A model generated the notes under the pieces. The model was not told where the DNA came from and searched no databases. It saw nothing but the letters and a program-made list of their open reading frames with translations. A DNA stretch of 64,000 bases from Scyliorhinus canicula (taxonomy: Eukaryota): positions 143,115,955 through 143,179,954 of the forward strand of contig NC_052149.1 of the NCBI RefSeq assembly GCF_902713615.1, read 5' to 3'. Numbering within the stretch: position 1 is the stretch's first letter; the number at the start of each line of letters is the position of its first letter. Below, piece by piece: positions 12,901 to 25,340 of the stretch. The translations under genes and the position numbers were made by a program.

Positions 12901-12989
12901 AGTCAGAGGTATCACGTTGAATAAGGATTGGTGTGAGTGTCAACAGTGAATTATTCCTGTTGTTCTTTTCTGTGTGAGGGGCAACAGTT

Positions 12990-13314
12990 ATAGAACATAG
13001 AACAGTACAGCACAGAACAGGCCCTTCGGCCCTCGATGTTGTGCCGAGCAATGATCACCCTACTTAAACCCACGTAACCCATATCCCAACAATCCCCCCC
13101 ATTAACCTTACACTACGGGCAATTTAGCATGGCCAATCCACCTAACCCGCACATCTTTGGACTGTGGGAGGAAACCGGAGCACCCGGAGGAAACCCACGC
13201 ACACACGGGGAGGACGTGCAGACTCCACACAGACAGTGACCCAGCCGGGAATCGAACCTGGGACCCTGGAGCTGTGAAGCATTGATGCTAACCACCATGC
13301 TACCGTGAGGCCCC
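12990..13314 (-). mobile_element. V-SINE variant with young CR1 tail
   Basis: Near-identical to 60716-61047; tail matches the CR1 end at 31897-31950. Confidence 0.92.
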
Positions 13315-14065
13315 GTGAGTGGATGGATGAATGGAGAGGTGATGAAGTACACAGGAAGTGAAGTCACAGTTCTGTCCAAGGCTGTGTGGGTCTGAGGAGT
13401 GATATCACAGAGAACACTTGATTAGACAGAGTGAAAATCAGCAGTTTTTAAACCACGGTTTCTTTCTCTCATTACTGGGAAATGCTCTTTACTACATCCA
13501 ATCGTAGTTCCAGGATGGTTCAAATTCAATGTCCAGCATCCAACCTGAACTCTGAGAAACATAGAGGTCTGGGTTCTCTGTCCTTTGACTCTGCAATCGA
13601 TAAAGATTCCGTTTTTTCAGACTCCAGGGTCCTTCCCTTGTTTCTTCAGTTCTGGGTTGGTTCATGAGCTGCCACTATGCTCTAAGGGTTTGCTCAGTAG
13701 GGCTCACTAAGAGGTTCAAAGGTTTGTATGTTTTAACAATAGTGTTTATCGATAACACATAACTATTTACATATATACAAAATATAGCCCAGACGAGGAA
13801 CTAACTTTATGCTGACTTCTCCTTGACTCTTTCCATACAACTTTGTCTCCTGTCTACTGTCACAAATATCTCTGCACCATACTGTGGGAAGTACAGTTCT
13901 CCAGAACCATGTTCGTCCTTGCTATGCCGAACATCCTTATACAACAGCAATGTTTTAAAATAGATCAAATCATTTTCAATATCAAGCAGCATGGATGCCA
14001 TGAAAGGAATTTGGGTGGTCAGCAGAATGAAATCAAGGGAGCAAGAGATGAGTTCCATGGCAGTT

Positions 14066-14386
14066 CATAGATCATAGAATTTACAGTGTAGAAGGAGGCC
14101 ATTCGGCCCATCGAGTCTGCAGCGACTCCTGGAAAGAGCACCCTACCCAAGGTCAACAACTCCACCCTATTCCCATAACCCAATAACCCCACCCAATATT
14201 AAGGGCAATTTATCATGGCCAATCCACCTAACCTGCACATCTTTGGACTGTGGGAGGAAACTGGAGAACCCGGAGGAAACCCACGCACACACGGGGAGGA
14301 TGTGCAGACTCCGCACAGACAGTGACCCAAGCCAGAATCGAACCTGGGACCCTGGAGCTGTGAAGCAATTATGCTATCCACAATGC
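14066..14386 (-). mobile_element. HE1-type V-SINE
   Basis: Head-core-tail. Confidence 0.9.
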
Positions 14387-14829
14387 TCAGCTAGAGGAAG
14401 GCAGAAGAGGAGAAAGGAGAGAGAGAGAGAGACCAAGGATCAGGGCCTCAAGAGTGGGAAACCTGGGGGAGATTTGGCTTGAAGTACTAGTGAAAGAAGG
14501 GTAGCAACAGAGGAAGATGGGGACATTGCCTCAATCTTTTATCTCAATCTTAGCAGTGTCGATGTCCATGAGTTTCCTGTTGGAGTGCAGTTTAGGGGGA
14601 TGGTTGCAGGAGTGGAGGAAATAGACTGGTGCTTAACCTTCTTGTCCATGATCCAGAATTAGTAGGTGCCTTAGTATTACAATCCCAGAACACACCCAAC
14701 ATTTTCTCGGAGACCAGACAGAACCCCTAAATTTTATTTCATTTCTAAGACTGTGAGAAAAGGATACTCCACTCCAGGAGTGACTCCACACATAAGTGGG
14801 GATGTGGTATATTGAAACAGACTTTAGTA

Positions 14830-15000
14830 TTTTAATTTTTTTAATCAAATTTTTCCAATTAAGGGGCAATTTAGCGTCGCCAATCCACCTAACCTGCACA
14901 GCTTGGAGTTATGGGGGTGAGACTCATGCAGACATGGGGAGAATGTGCAAACTCCACACAGACAGTGAGTCTCAGCACTGTGAGGCAGTCCCGTGCCACC
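14830..15000 (-). mobile_element. Short A-tailed V-SINE (decayed)
   Basis: Core plus CCCCTTAATTGGAAAAA. Confidence 0.75.
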
Positions 15001-15280
15001 TGAACAAACTTTATTATTAATACAGTATTCAACTAAATTTAACATAATACAAGAAATAGCTTACAATTACTAGTTAAGCAATGCTGAAGAATAAAATGAA
15101 ACACTTTAATTTCTAACTGCTATCTTTTTATCTTCAATCAAGCAGAACCCATCTGAGGTCAAAATCCACCTTTAAATACAGTTAACAAACACAGGAATAC
15201 TTGCTGTCTTGGAGAAAATGATTTGAGAGAGAGAGAGATCCTTCTGGAAACCGCCTGCAAACTCTTAACTATGTCAAACT

Positions 15281-15502
15281 GGGCAGCACGGTGGCCTAGT
15301 GGTTAGCACAACCGCCTCACGGCGCTGAGGTCCCAGGTTCGATCCCGGCTCTGGGTCACTGTCCATGTGGAGTTTGCACACTCTCCCCGTGTCTGCGTGG
15401 GTTTCGCCCCCACAACCCAAAAATGTGCAGAGTAGGTGGATTGGCCACGCTAAATTGCCCCTTAATTGGAAAAAATAATTGGGTAATCTAAATTTTAAAA
15501 AA
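15281..15502 (+). mobile_element. Short A-tailed V-SINE with 14-bp TSD
   Basis: TSD AACTATGTCAAACT (15267-15280, 15503-15516). Confidence 0.93.
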
Positions 15503-16699
15503 AACTATGTCAAACTACTGTTTAACTTGCCAGCATTGGGCAAAAAGCTTCTGTTCTCTTTACAGCTAAATCTAAACTGAAGCTCAAAATCTGACTGCTT
15601 CGCCCCTTGGATGCTCCCATTAATTGCATTATCTCTGTTCCACTAACTGGCTTCTGATAATCTTACTAAGGCTAACCAAACCACAACCCCATAATTATCC
15701 AAATTCCAGGGAATCTTCTTTCTATAAGCAAAATTCCATTCGCCCTATCTAGTTAAACACTATACACCGTTGGAATAAACAATGATCTCATTTTTTACGA
15801 TGCTTCAATTACTCCCTCTGTAGCCACAGTGTCTGCCTGTCTTCCAGGATTTTTAAAACCTTTACTGTGGTAGATACATACACACACGAACCCAGGGTTT
15901 TAGCCATTACTGCACCAGATACATATAATACAGTATATATCTGGAATTCCTACATTCATCATACTTCAGCAGAGGCGACAATAAGTGCCCAGTCCCACGC
16001 TACACCGCAACATTAAAAAAATGACATTAATTTAAAAACCTTGCTAAGTACTTACTCATTATTACTCCCACTATAGTTCCCCTTGAGCAGAAAAGGTATT
16101 GCTTTGTTCTCCTCCCACCTGCTGACTCACCGGAAAAATGGGGAATTGAGAAATACAAACCAGGAAAATCCTTTATTTGTTATGAGTCTGTGTTGCGACA
16201 GCCGATAGCAATGGAGACACTACAATTAGCTTCAGTATCCCAGCAGTAGTGAACTGAATCCTGGGGCTGCTGCTGAAATGTCCATATGCCCACCTGGCAT
16301 GAGGGCACAGGATCAATATCAGCTGTAATGGCCTAAAATGGTGGCACTTCTAATCAAGGCTCACATATAAAGAATGATTATTTAGATGGAGAAATGATGA
16401 GCAGCAACTTGACGTAAAAACGAAGTGCAAACTTCAACAGAGAAGGAACAACAAACAAAACTCATAAAATGGTGTACACTGCACACTCTCAATATGAGGA
16501 TAAAACCCATGTGAAGAGCCACAGCAGGAAATTTTGAGAAGAACAAAGATGCATTGCTACACAAAAGGAAAATATTGCAGCTGGTGGAAATCTGAAATAA
16601 ATGAGAAAATACTGGAAATACTCAGCAGGTCAGGCAGCATTTGAGGAGAGAAAAACAGAGTTTTGGGTTGATGAACTTTCATCACTGAAGATCCAGTAC

Positions 16700-16910
16700 G
16701 GGGCAGCACGGTGGGGCAGTGGTTAGCACTGCTGCCTTCCGATCCTGGCCCCGGGTCACTGTCCATGTGGAATTTTCACATTCTCCCTGTGTATGGATAG
16801 GTCTCACCCCCACAATCCAAAGATATGCAGGGTAGATGGTTTGGCCATGCTAAGTTGCCCCTTAATTAGAAAAAAAATGAATTGGGCACTTTAAATTTAT
16901 ATTTAAAAAA
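16700..16910 (+). mobile_element. Short A-tailed V-SINE
   Basis: Degenerate TSD TGAAGATsCArTAC. Confidence 0.85.
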
Positions 16911-17034
16911 GTGAAGATGCAATACCCTTGTTCTTCACCTGCCCAGAAAAATGGTATTAAAAATTGGCTCATTATTGTCAACAAAAGGGTATTTTTAAGA
17001 ATTGTTTGTTGTAGTTTACTTTATATTTTCCGCA

Positions 17035-17575
17035 GGTAGCATTAGTGTTAGCGTGCTTCTTCTTGAGTTAGAATGTTGTGGATTCAAACCCCATTCCAGG
17101 ATTTAAGCAAGTAATCTGGCCTGATATTTCCCAGAAGTTGAAGAGGTTACAGGAACAGGCTGGTTAAATTTGATTAGAACTATTTACTCACATAGAAAAT
17201 GTGAATATGAATTAGTTGAAGCAAATGGCCAACCATTGTGGTGCAACTTCAATGTATCACTCAGGGAGCGCTGCATTGTCAGGGGTACTTTCAAGTTGAG
17301 ATATTGAACCTAGCTGTTCAGATGGATGCCAATGATCCCATAGCACCAGTCCAACTTTAACCTTGTGTTGTAAGACTTCTTACCAGTTAAACAACAACAT
17401 GAAACCAGTCAGACAACAATATGAAACCAGTTGATCTGGTCATTTATTACATTGCTTTTGTTGAACTTTGTGATTTGCAAGTTGACTTATTTTTATCTAC
17501 ACTTCAAAAAGTGAACAAAAATAATGAGATATCCTCAGAATATCCCAGAGCATTATAAATGAATGCATGTTATTT
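17035..17575 (+). mobile_element. Ancient DeuSINE (SacSINE1-like), heavily decayed
   Basis: GGATTCAAACCCCA box B, GGGAGCGCTGCATTGTC, GATCCCATAGCAC, TCTGGTCATT. Confidence 0.55.
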
Positions 17576-18040
17576 CTAACTTTTAGACTAATAAGCACAT
17601 TAAATGACAAATCAGTATCTTCAATGTCGCTTTAACTCACAATGGACTTTGATTATGGTACCATATATTATTCTGTTGGTTACATTACTCATTAAGAATA
17701 CATCTTTGAAATTGGATTTAAAAATTGCAAAACTATTGCACCACTGGTTAACCCTTCACAATAGTTTACTTTTAATTGTTCTTGTGAAATCTATCTACTA
17801 TCAGGAAATATACAACACAAATAACTGATGGTGTGCAAAGAAATGGTTCAAATTGTAACTCAAATTAGGAAATCACATATTGGATTATTTTGAAATTATT
17901 CAATTCAATTAGTTTATTTGTAATATTTCGTAGTGTGACCAACCTGGAAAAATTTGTTTGCATTAAAGGATCAGCTAATAAGTCCATTGCCAGTTGTTAA
18001 GCTGAAATATAGTGTACAAAATTATAAAAGATATAAGATA

Positions 18041-19310
18041 AGGGGCTGGATTCTCCATTTGCCAACGGTGAAATCAGGACTCGCGATTGGGTGGAAAATA
18101 GCTTCCGACGCCAAAATCGAGGTAGACGCCGGTTTGACACCAAATTGGGAGCTCCAGCACCCCCAATATGGCATAAATGTACCAGAAAGTACAGTAGGCA
18201 TATCATTAGCAGGCCTGATGCCCCCGGGTCTCTGCGATTCAGCGCCTCCGATGGGCCGAGCTCCCGACGGCGCGGTTCACTTGTGGTTATAAAATTCGTG
18301 ACCCTGATTGCTGAGTGACAGAGAGGACGTAGGAAATGGCGTGGAGTTACTGCGAGCTGCTGGCTCAGACACCGGCCGTGCTGGCTGCGGCGGGGAGGCC
18401 CCTGATAGGGCCGGCGGAGGGGTCGGGGAGGAGGGAGGGTGGGCTGAGCAGCTGGGAACCTCCCCCCCCCAGGACTGGGGCGGTGCCCAGGCACTGACCG
18501 CCATTACAGCGCCCATCTTGCTGACCACCCACCCCAGCCCCCGGTTCTACAAAGTGACACTAGCCGTATGGATGTGCCCACTGCCCCCGAACAGCCCACC
18601 CAATACATCCCCACAGCGGTCGGAGGTAGGGACACTCCAGGTCTCTTGCATTCGGAGGGCTGCTGAAGAATCTGCTCAGTCTGGGTCAGATGATGACCCT
18701 CTGAAAGCACCTGCCAACTCCACGCTGGAGATGCAACGACAGTTAAGGAAACATTAAGCAGAGTTTTGGCAATCTCTCAGCATATTAGAGGGGACAATGG
18801 AGGAGTCCGTCCACATTCTCACTGATGTCGTGGCTCCGTGCTAAGTTTGGCCAACACCATGGAGCCCTTAGTCCAGCGCCTCTTTCCATATTTTCCCTTG
18901 GCCCTACCCTCCATGGTCACACACCCTGATGAGCAGCATCAAGATGCAGGCGGCAGGAGGACAAGGCACCGTGACCTCCCTCCAGGTGCAATAACTCCTC
19001 AAAGAGTCAGGAAAGAGTCAGAAAAGTCCACAGGAATTCACAGGGAAGATGAGTAGCAGCTGGACACAGTAAGGGCCTGCTCTCTGGACACACTGTAGCG
19101 TGTGCAGCTGCTCAGAGTCCTCTCTGCCTCTGACCTCATCCACTCCAGTCGAGGAGGGTGCATCTGTCGCTGACTAGGAGACACTTATCAGGCTGATGTC
19201 CACCAACGTCATCAAAGGCATCAGGACATAACAGTCAGAAGGCTGCCTCCATGGATGTCAGGGCTGCACCCAGGCGTAGTAGTAGGGTTAGGAAAGTTAA
19301 GAAATTATGA
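18041..19310 (+). mobile_element. Harbinger-type element end plus Myb-gene-like tail
   Basis: Begins with GGGGCTGGATTCTCC, the terminus type seen on the 6090-6747 MITE; body resembles 12480-12800; coiled-coil-like LEMQRQL..LEGTMEES. Confidence 0.5.
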
Positions 19311-19329
19311 TGTTACCTTTGGCTCACGG

Positions 19330-21025
19330 ATGTTTCACCACTGTAAAAAAAATTGCACTTTTGAGACTTCGGCTGGCTGCAAGTAGGTGGAGGTCGCACG
19401 TTAGGTGGCTCCTGCTCGAGGCTATGGGTTTTATGCCCGGCTTCAGGGGCAGTTTTTGAATGAGCTGCTGTGGGAAGGTATAAGGAAGGTGCGAGATGTC
19501 GAAGACCCAGAAGAAGGGCACTGAAAGAAGGGACAAGCAAAGGTCCACCGTCAAGTGAGTTGGTGAGTCTGGCAGGAAGAAAGATGGCAGAGGCTGTGTC
19601 ACTGGGTGGGGTCCTACCCTCACAGTGGAAACTCTGACCTAGGTGATGGTAGGGGAATTTGAGAGGCAGTTCGCCAAGCACATAGAGATGCTGAGGAGGG
19701 AGTTGGTGGCTGTGATGAAAGAGTGGGTGGAGGAGGCGACTGCCCCGGTAAAGGTGGCGGTGTTGAAGATGCCGGTCGAGGTGCGGGAGCAAGGAGAGAA
19801 GTTGAAGGGGGTGGAGGAGGCTCCACAGTGACCAGTTCACCTCGATGGGTGAGGAACTGCGGAAGGTGGCGGAGGCTAATAAAGGGCTCAGAGCTAAGTT
19901 GGAGGACCTGGAGAACAAGTCAAGGTGGAAAAATTATAGAACATGGGCTTGCCTGAGGGAATGGAGGGCCCGAGGCCGACTGAGTATTTTGCAAAGATGC
20001 TGGCAGAGCTGGTGGGGGAGGGGGAAACAACCCTCCCGATATGAGCTGGACAGGGCACATCGGTCACTCTGGCCAAAGCCGAAAGCAAATGAGCCACCGG
20101 GGGGGGGTCAGAATCTGCTTCCATAAGTTTCAGTTTAAGGAGAAGGTGCAGAGTTAGGCGAAGCAGAGGCGAGAGGTGAGGTGGGAAGACATTGGTGTAC
20201 GAATGTACCAAGACTTGATGGCAGAGTTGGCAAGAAGGCGGGGGTGCCTTCGGATGGGTGAAGGCGACACTGTACAGCAACGGCGTGAGGTTTGGGGTGG
20301 TCTACGCTGTGAAGTTGAGGGAGATGCACAACTCGAGGGATTTCTATTTCGAGACGGTGGAGGTGTTCTTGAAGGCCGAAGAACTGGGACTGAAATGAGA
20401 GATGGGCCTGGGACGTGGGTTGAGGGGATGGGGATGTGCTTTGTCTTTATCTCTCGTTTTCGCTGTTTCTCATTTTACATTTGATGGAGAGGTTGTATGA
20501 TTTTTGTGTTTTTGAATGGGGGAGTGTAGTTTACCTTTGTTTATAGTTGCTTACAAGTGTATTGGGCTTTGAGTTCATGTCTTTTTTCTGGGGGCGCGGT
20601 TTTGCACTATTTTCTTAGGGTCGTGTTACTGCGGAGGGGAATGGGGTCATGGGGGGTGGGGGGGTGGACTCGGGCAGGGTCCTCTGCACTAGTGAATGAA
20701 GTGTGGCTAGTGAATGGGAGTATGGTGGGGGAGGGGCCGCAGTCATTGGAACCTGGTTGATCAGATTTTGATGGGCCTGGGAGGTGTGAATGGTGCGGGG
20801 ATGGGATCGATACTGGGAGAGGTGTTTGCAAGAGGAAGTGGATGGGGAGATTCTGGGAGGGTGGCGAGGGGTTCAACGGTAAGAAAAGGATGGGGCGGGG
20901 CAGGCCAGAGAGGCAAGGCCCCCGGGGTTTTTGATGATGGCGGCTAGGAGGGGGGGGGGGTGAGAGACCCCCAGTCAGTATAGCGACATGGAATGTGAGG
21001 TGGTTAGTGGGACCGGTGAAGAGGT
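19330..21025 (+). mobile_element. L1-clade LINE 5' part (5'UTR, ORF1, start of ORF2)
   Basis: ORF1 motifs LRAKLEDLENKSR, GLPEG, ELDRAHRSL..KPK; endonuclease start IATWNVR at ~20980. Confidence 0.85.
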
Positions 21026-21310
21026 CGACCTCGCCCTCCTGGGCCCCAACTCGACCGTTTCCTCCTGGGCCCAAATTCGACCTTGCCCACCCGGGCCTAA
21101 ATTTGAACTTGCCCTCCTAGGCCCTGAATTGACCTTGCCCTCCAAGGCCCTGACTTGAGCTTACTCTCTCAATCCCCAACTCATCCTTGGCATCACAGCT
21201 TTCTCGGATCCCAACTTAACCTCAGCCTCCCCACTCAAACGCACACTCCCGAGCCCTGACCTGAGCTCAGTGCCTGGCCCCGACTCGAACAAGCCCACCC
21301 TGGGCTTTGG
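21025..21310. repeat. Degenerate ~27-bp C-rich minisatellite
   Basis: Repeated TCGACCTTGCCCTCCTGGGCCCC-like unit. Confidence 0.8.
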
Positions 21311-21592
21311 GTCGATGTGTCTGGCTTCCCGTACTTCATCCTCGCCATTGCTTCGCTTCCTTCAGCCAGCAGCCCTCAGCACACTCACCAATGCGGTGTT
21401 CAGTGCCCCTTCAATCAGATACTGTTGCAATCCCTCATTTGCTACTAATAGGCTTGGTAGTCTATCTATCAAAGAAGCAAAAGCGTGAGAGAAATGGCCC
21501 ATGATTGGAGACACAGCTCCAAGAATAATTTTCCATTGAAACTCACCTCTTTGACCGGGATTTTGAAAACTGGTTGCCAGGACCTCATAGAG

Positions 21593-21982
21593 CAGGGGTG
21601 GGCAAACTTTTCCGTGCAAGGGCCACATTCAGAAATTCACAATTCACAAAGGGCCGCATAGTATATTAAGTAAAATAATTACTTCACCCGGTTATGATTC
21701 TGGGCGCCTCATATAGAACATAGAACAGTACAGCACAGAACAGGCCCTTCGGCCCTCGACGTTGTGCCGAGCAATGATCACCCTACTCAAGTCAACGTAT
21801 CCACCCTATACCAGTAAGTAACCCAACAGCCCCCCCCCCATTAACCTTAAAAAAAAATTTTACAAAAAAAAAAAAAATTTTATTTAAAAAAAAATTCTTT
21901 TTTTTTTTAATGACTTGGTGGGCCGCAGAAATACCTTTGGCGGGCCGCATGCGGCCCGCGGGCCGTAGTTTGCCCACCCCTG
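21593..21982. mobile_element. hAT (Charlie-like) MITE
   Basis: Perfect TIR CAGGGGTGGGCAAACT; 8-bp TSD TCATAGAG (21585-21592, 21983-21990). Confidence 0.93.
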
Positions 21983-22503
21983 TCATAGAGTGACTCCACT
22001 GGCCAGATGTGTGACATACTTTGGCCAAGCCATCCTTAACCAATAAGATTTAAAGATTAAGAAAGAAATAAAGGAGCAATGGAGAATAAGGGTGAATTAG
22101 TAAAATCAAGGACTGAAAGAGAAGCAAAGAGAAAGAAAGATTGCATTCAGAGAGAAAAAAAGAGGCGGTAAGATACCGAAAGAAAAACAATGAATCTTAA
22201 ATTATAAAATCACTAACATTCTACTGTGTGAATGAGACCATTTCAATTGTTTCCTTTCTGGGCCAGAGAAATGGATAGTCATTGTACTACAAATGATCAT
22301 ACGAGTAAAATTCATAAGCTGCTACTTTCCAAACAACTTTCTGTTGTGGGTTTAATGGACAATTAATGTAAAAATCCCATACATTCTTAAAAGTAGCAGG
22401 GAGGCCACAGGTGAGAAGCTGTTTATGCAAAGCAAATGGCAGAGCAGCGTAAATCATTGAGCAAGTTCGAGAGACTCATAACTCCAGTATCTCTCTTACT
22501 TCT

Positions 22504-22806
22504 TGTGGTGAATGTGATTTACACCGGATTATAACCTGTATATACATGTGTCTATATTGTAAGTGCAGTTGCACTATCTGACCTCCAGGGGGTAGCTCTG
22601 GGAATGCTTGAGAGTTGTACGGGACTGTTCCCTTGGCTCCGCCCAGGACTCCTCCCCGGGAGCTGCTGTATAAAGATCAGTGCCACAGGGTCAGCCGGCC
22701 AGTTCACCGAAAGTTCAACGGCTAACAGGCTGGCTCTGTTGTAAGTATATTAAAACCGCTATTCTAATCCTACAAGCACGTGTCTGTAGAATTGTTGGTT
22801 CCAACA
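22504..22806 (+). mobile_element. Gypsy solo LTR (303 bp)
   Basis: TGTGGTGAATG...CCAACA ends, perfect 5-bp TSD CTTCT (22499-22503, 22807-22811), TATAAA and ATTAAA. Same first 11 nt as the LTRs of the 47.7-51.9 kb element. Confidence 0.9.
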
Positions 22807-23399
22807 CTTCTGTGAACTTGTTGACTGATCTGTGCATTAACAATGTCATTAACAAACCATTAGCTTTCTACCAAGATACGTTCTGTTATGTTTGCATTAG
22901 CATTTCCTGAGAAACCAAGATATTAGGACTCATTAATATGGAGTGCGACTACATTTAACATTGCTTTTGTTAATGTTTTGATTGACAGTTCTGTATCAAG
23001 GTGACTCCGCACGTGACAGGTGCTGGAATTGCTTCAATTCATATTATTTTACTTTTCACACTGAGACAAGTGCCATAACCACTATACTACCATGCCAATA
23101 CACAACAAAGACTGTACTTCAGAGTACTGTATGTGAGGTCCTTTGAGATATTTCTGCAAAATGATAAGCTGATATATAAATGCAAATTCTTTCTTACTTG
23201 CAAATTCTTTCTTTCTTTCTTTACACAATGAACTGATTCCAATTTATCCTTGCTGAATAATTAATGTAATAGATCTGACTGCACAGTTGGATAAAGTAGT
23301 ATACAATTGAGTCATACAGGTCAAGTTCAAGAGAAGCACAGAATAAACTTGCATTTCCAAAGCTTCTTTCACATTCTCAGGAAGTCATCCTGAATGAAC

Positions 23400-24460
23400 G
23401 TAGGAACATAGGAATTAGGAGCAGAAGTAGGCAATTCAGCCCTTCGAGCCTACGCCACCATTCAATCAAATCATGGCTGATCTCTTCCTGGTCTCAAATC
23501 CACTTCCCCACATGTTGCCCATATCCCTTTAACCCATTTTAAAATCTAAAATATATCTATCTCTTTCTTGAAAACATTTAATAATGCAGATTCCCCTGCA
23601 CTATGGGGTACCGAGTTCCACAAATTCACCACCCTCTGTGAGAAGTAGTTCTTCCTCATCTCAGTTCTAAATATACCGCCTCTCAACCTATATCTGTGAC
23701 CTCTCGTTCTAGGTTTCCCCAATTGATTACTTTATCAATCCCATTTAGTATTTTGTACATATTGATCAGATCTCCTCTTATCCTTCTAAACTCCAGCAAG
23801 TATAAGCCCAAACTGTTGAACCTCTCCTCCTAAGTCAACCCTTTCATCCCCGGAATCAATCTGGTGAACCTCCTCTGAACTGCCTCCAATGCCGCCGCAT
23901 CCTTCCTCAAATAAGGAGATCAAAACTGCACACAATACTCCAGATGTGGTCTCATCAACACACTATACAATTGCATCAAAACTTCTCTACTTTATACTCC
24001 AGTCCTTTTGCAATAAACGCTAACGTTCTGTTGCCTTTTTAATTCCATACTGTACCTGCATACCGACTTTCTGCGATTCATAAACAAAGACATCCAGGTC
24101 CCTCTGTCCGGACGCATCTTGAACCTTCTTTCCATGTAGATAATAATTTGTCTTTCTATTTTTTTGGCAAAAATGGATACCCTCAAACTCATCTACATTA
24201 AATTCCATCTGCCAAAGCTTGGCCCAATCTCCTAGCCTATCTATATCTGTCTGTAAAATCTTTATCTCCTCTTCACTGCCTGATTTCCCACCTGCTTTAG
24301 TACAATCCGCAAATGTTCCTGTTACCCTCTGTCCCTGTGTGCAGATCATTCATATAAATTGTAAACAGTTGAGGTCCGAGGGCTGATCCCTGTGGAACCC
24401 CACTAGTTGCAGTTTGCCAGCCAGAGAAGGACCCATTTATCCCGGGCCTCTGCTTTCTGA
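23400..24460 (-). mobile_element. CR1 LINE 3' fragment
   Basis: FADCTK/LQTDIDRL..WQMEFN/RDLDV motifs; TTCCTATG-type tail. Confidence 0.88.
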
Positions 24461-25089
24461 AGTACTATTGAAATGTAGGGTGTGATTTTCTTGTCCCGCC
24501 AGCGATGAAAATCATGGCGGGTGGGGGCAAAAATAGGAGTGATGGCAAAAGTCAGTTTTCTGCCAAAAGGAAAATAAGTAGGAATTTTCCCCTCTGGACT
24601 TTCATGGCAGATATATTTTCTCATTGCTCCATGTTGGGAACCGCATTTACAACTCTTTGCATCTTATGTATTCTCATTGAAAAGCCAGCTCGCCAGAATC
24701 ATGTTTGCACTCCAAATGTATGTGCCCCACCAGTGGATAATTAGACCGGTCTGATTCACAACTGGATATAAGTGGCATTCACCTGGCGAACTCCACGTCA
24801 CTTGCGACTTTGAGGTTTGTGCGCACAGTATTCGCCTTCCTTTCACCGCGCTGCTCTTGCAACTGCTCCAACTCCATGCCAAGGCTGTTCAGGTAAGATC
24901 CATGGGTGGAAGGCAGACGTTTGACAGCGAGGTTTGGGTGACTGGACAGAAGCAAGGGAAGGGGTGGAAGACAGATGTTTAACTGGGGGTGGGGTTACTG
25001 GATTCCAGGAGAGGCAGAGGTCCATGACTTGATGGGGGGTGGGGGGGTGGCGGCATTAAAGGAAGAAGGGCGACGAGTGTGAGGCAATT

Positions 25090-25340
25090 TTGTGGCAGTG
25101 TGAAACACAGTGTTAAAGCCTAAAAGAAACACACAGTCCTGGGCAGTGTGCAGCACAGTGTCAGGGCCAGAAATTAAAGACACTCTGGGGCAGTGTGGAG
25201 AATAGTGTCAAGGTCAGAAATTAAAGACAATCCTGGGGCAGTGTAGAGCACAGTGTCTGGGCCAGAAATGAAAGATAATCCTGGGGCAATGAGGAGCACA
25301 GTGTTGGGGCCAGAAATTAAAGCATTCTGGAGCAGTGCAG
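25090..25340. repeat. Five-copy 47-48-bp tandem repeat
   Basis: Units in register at 25106, 25154, 25201, 25249, 25297. Confidence 0.88.

Larger units (their letters stand above)
14675..15954 (-). mobile_element. Possible long solo LTR, interrupted by two SINEs
   Basis: Ends CCTACA, minus-strand AATAAA near 15010; no TSD found. Confidence 0.3.

Noticed and set aside
25090-25340. CRISPR array or antigen-receptor locus
   Set aside because: The whole unit repeats with no unique spacers, the context is eukaryotic, and there are no cas genes or V/J exons.
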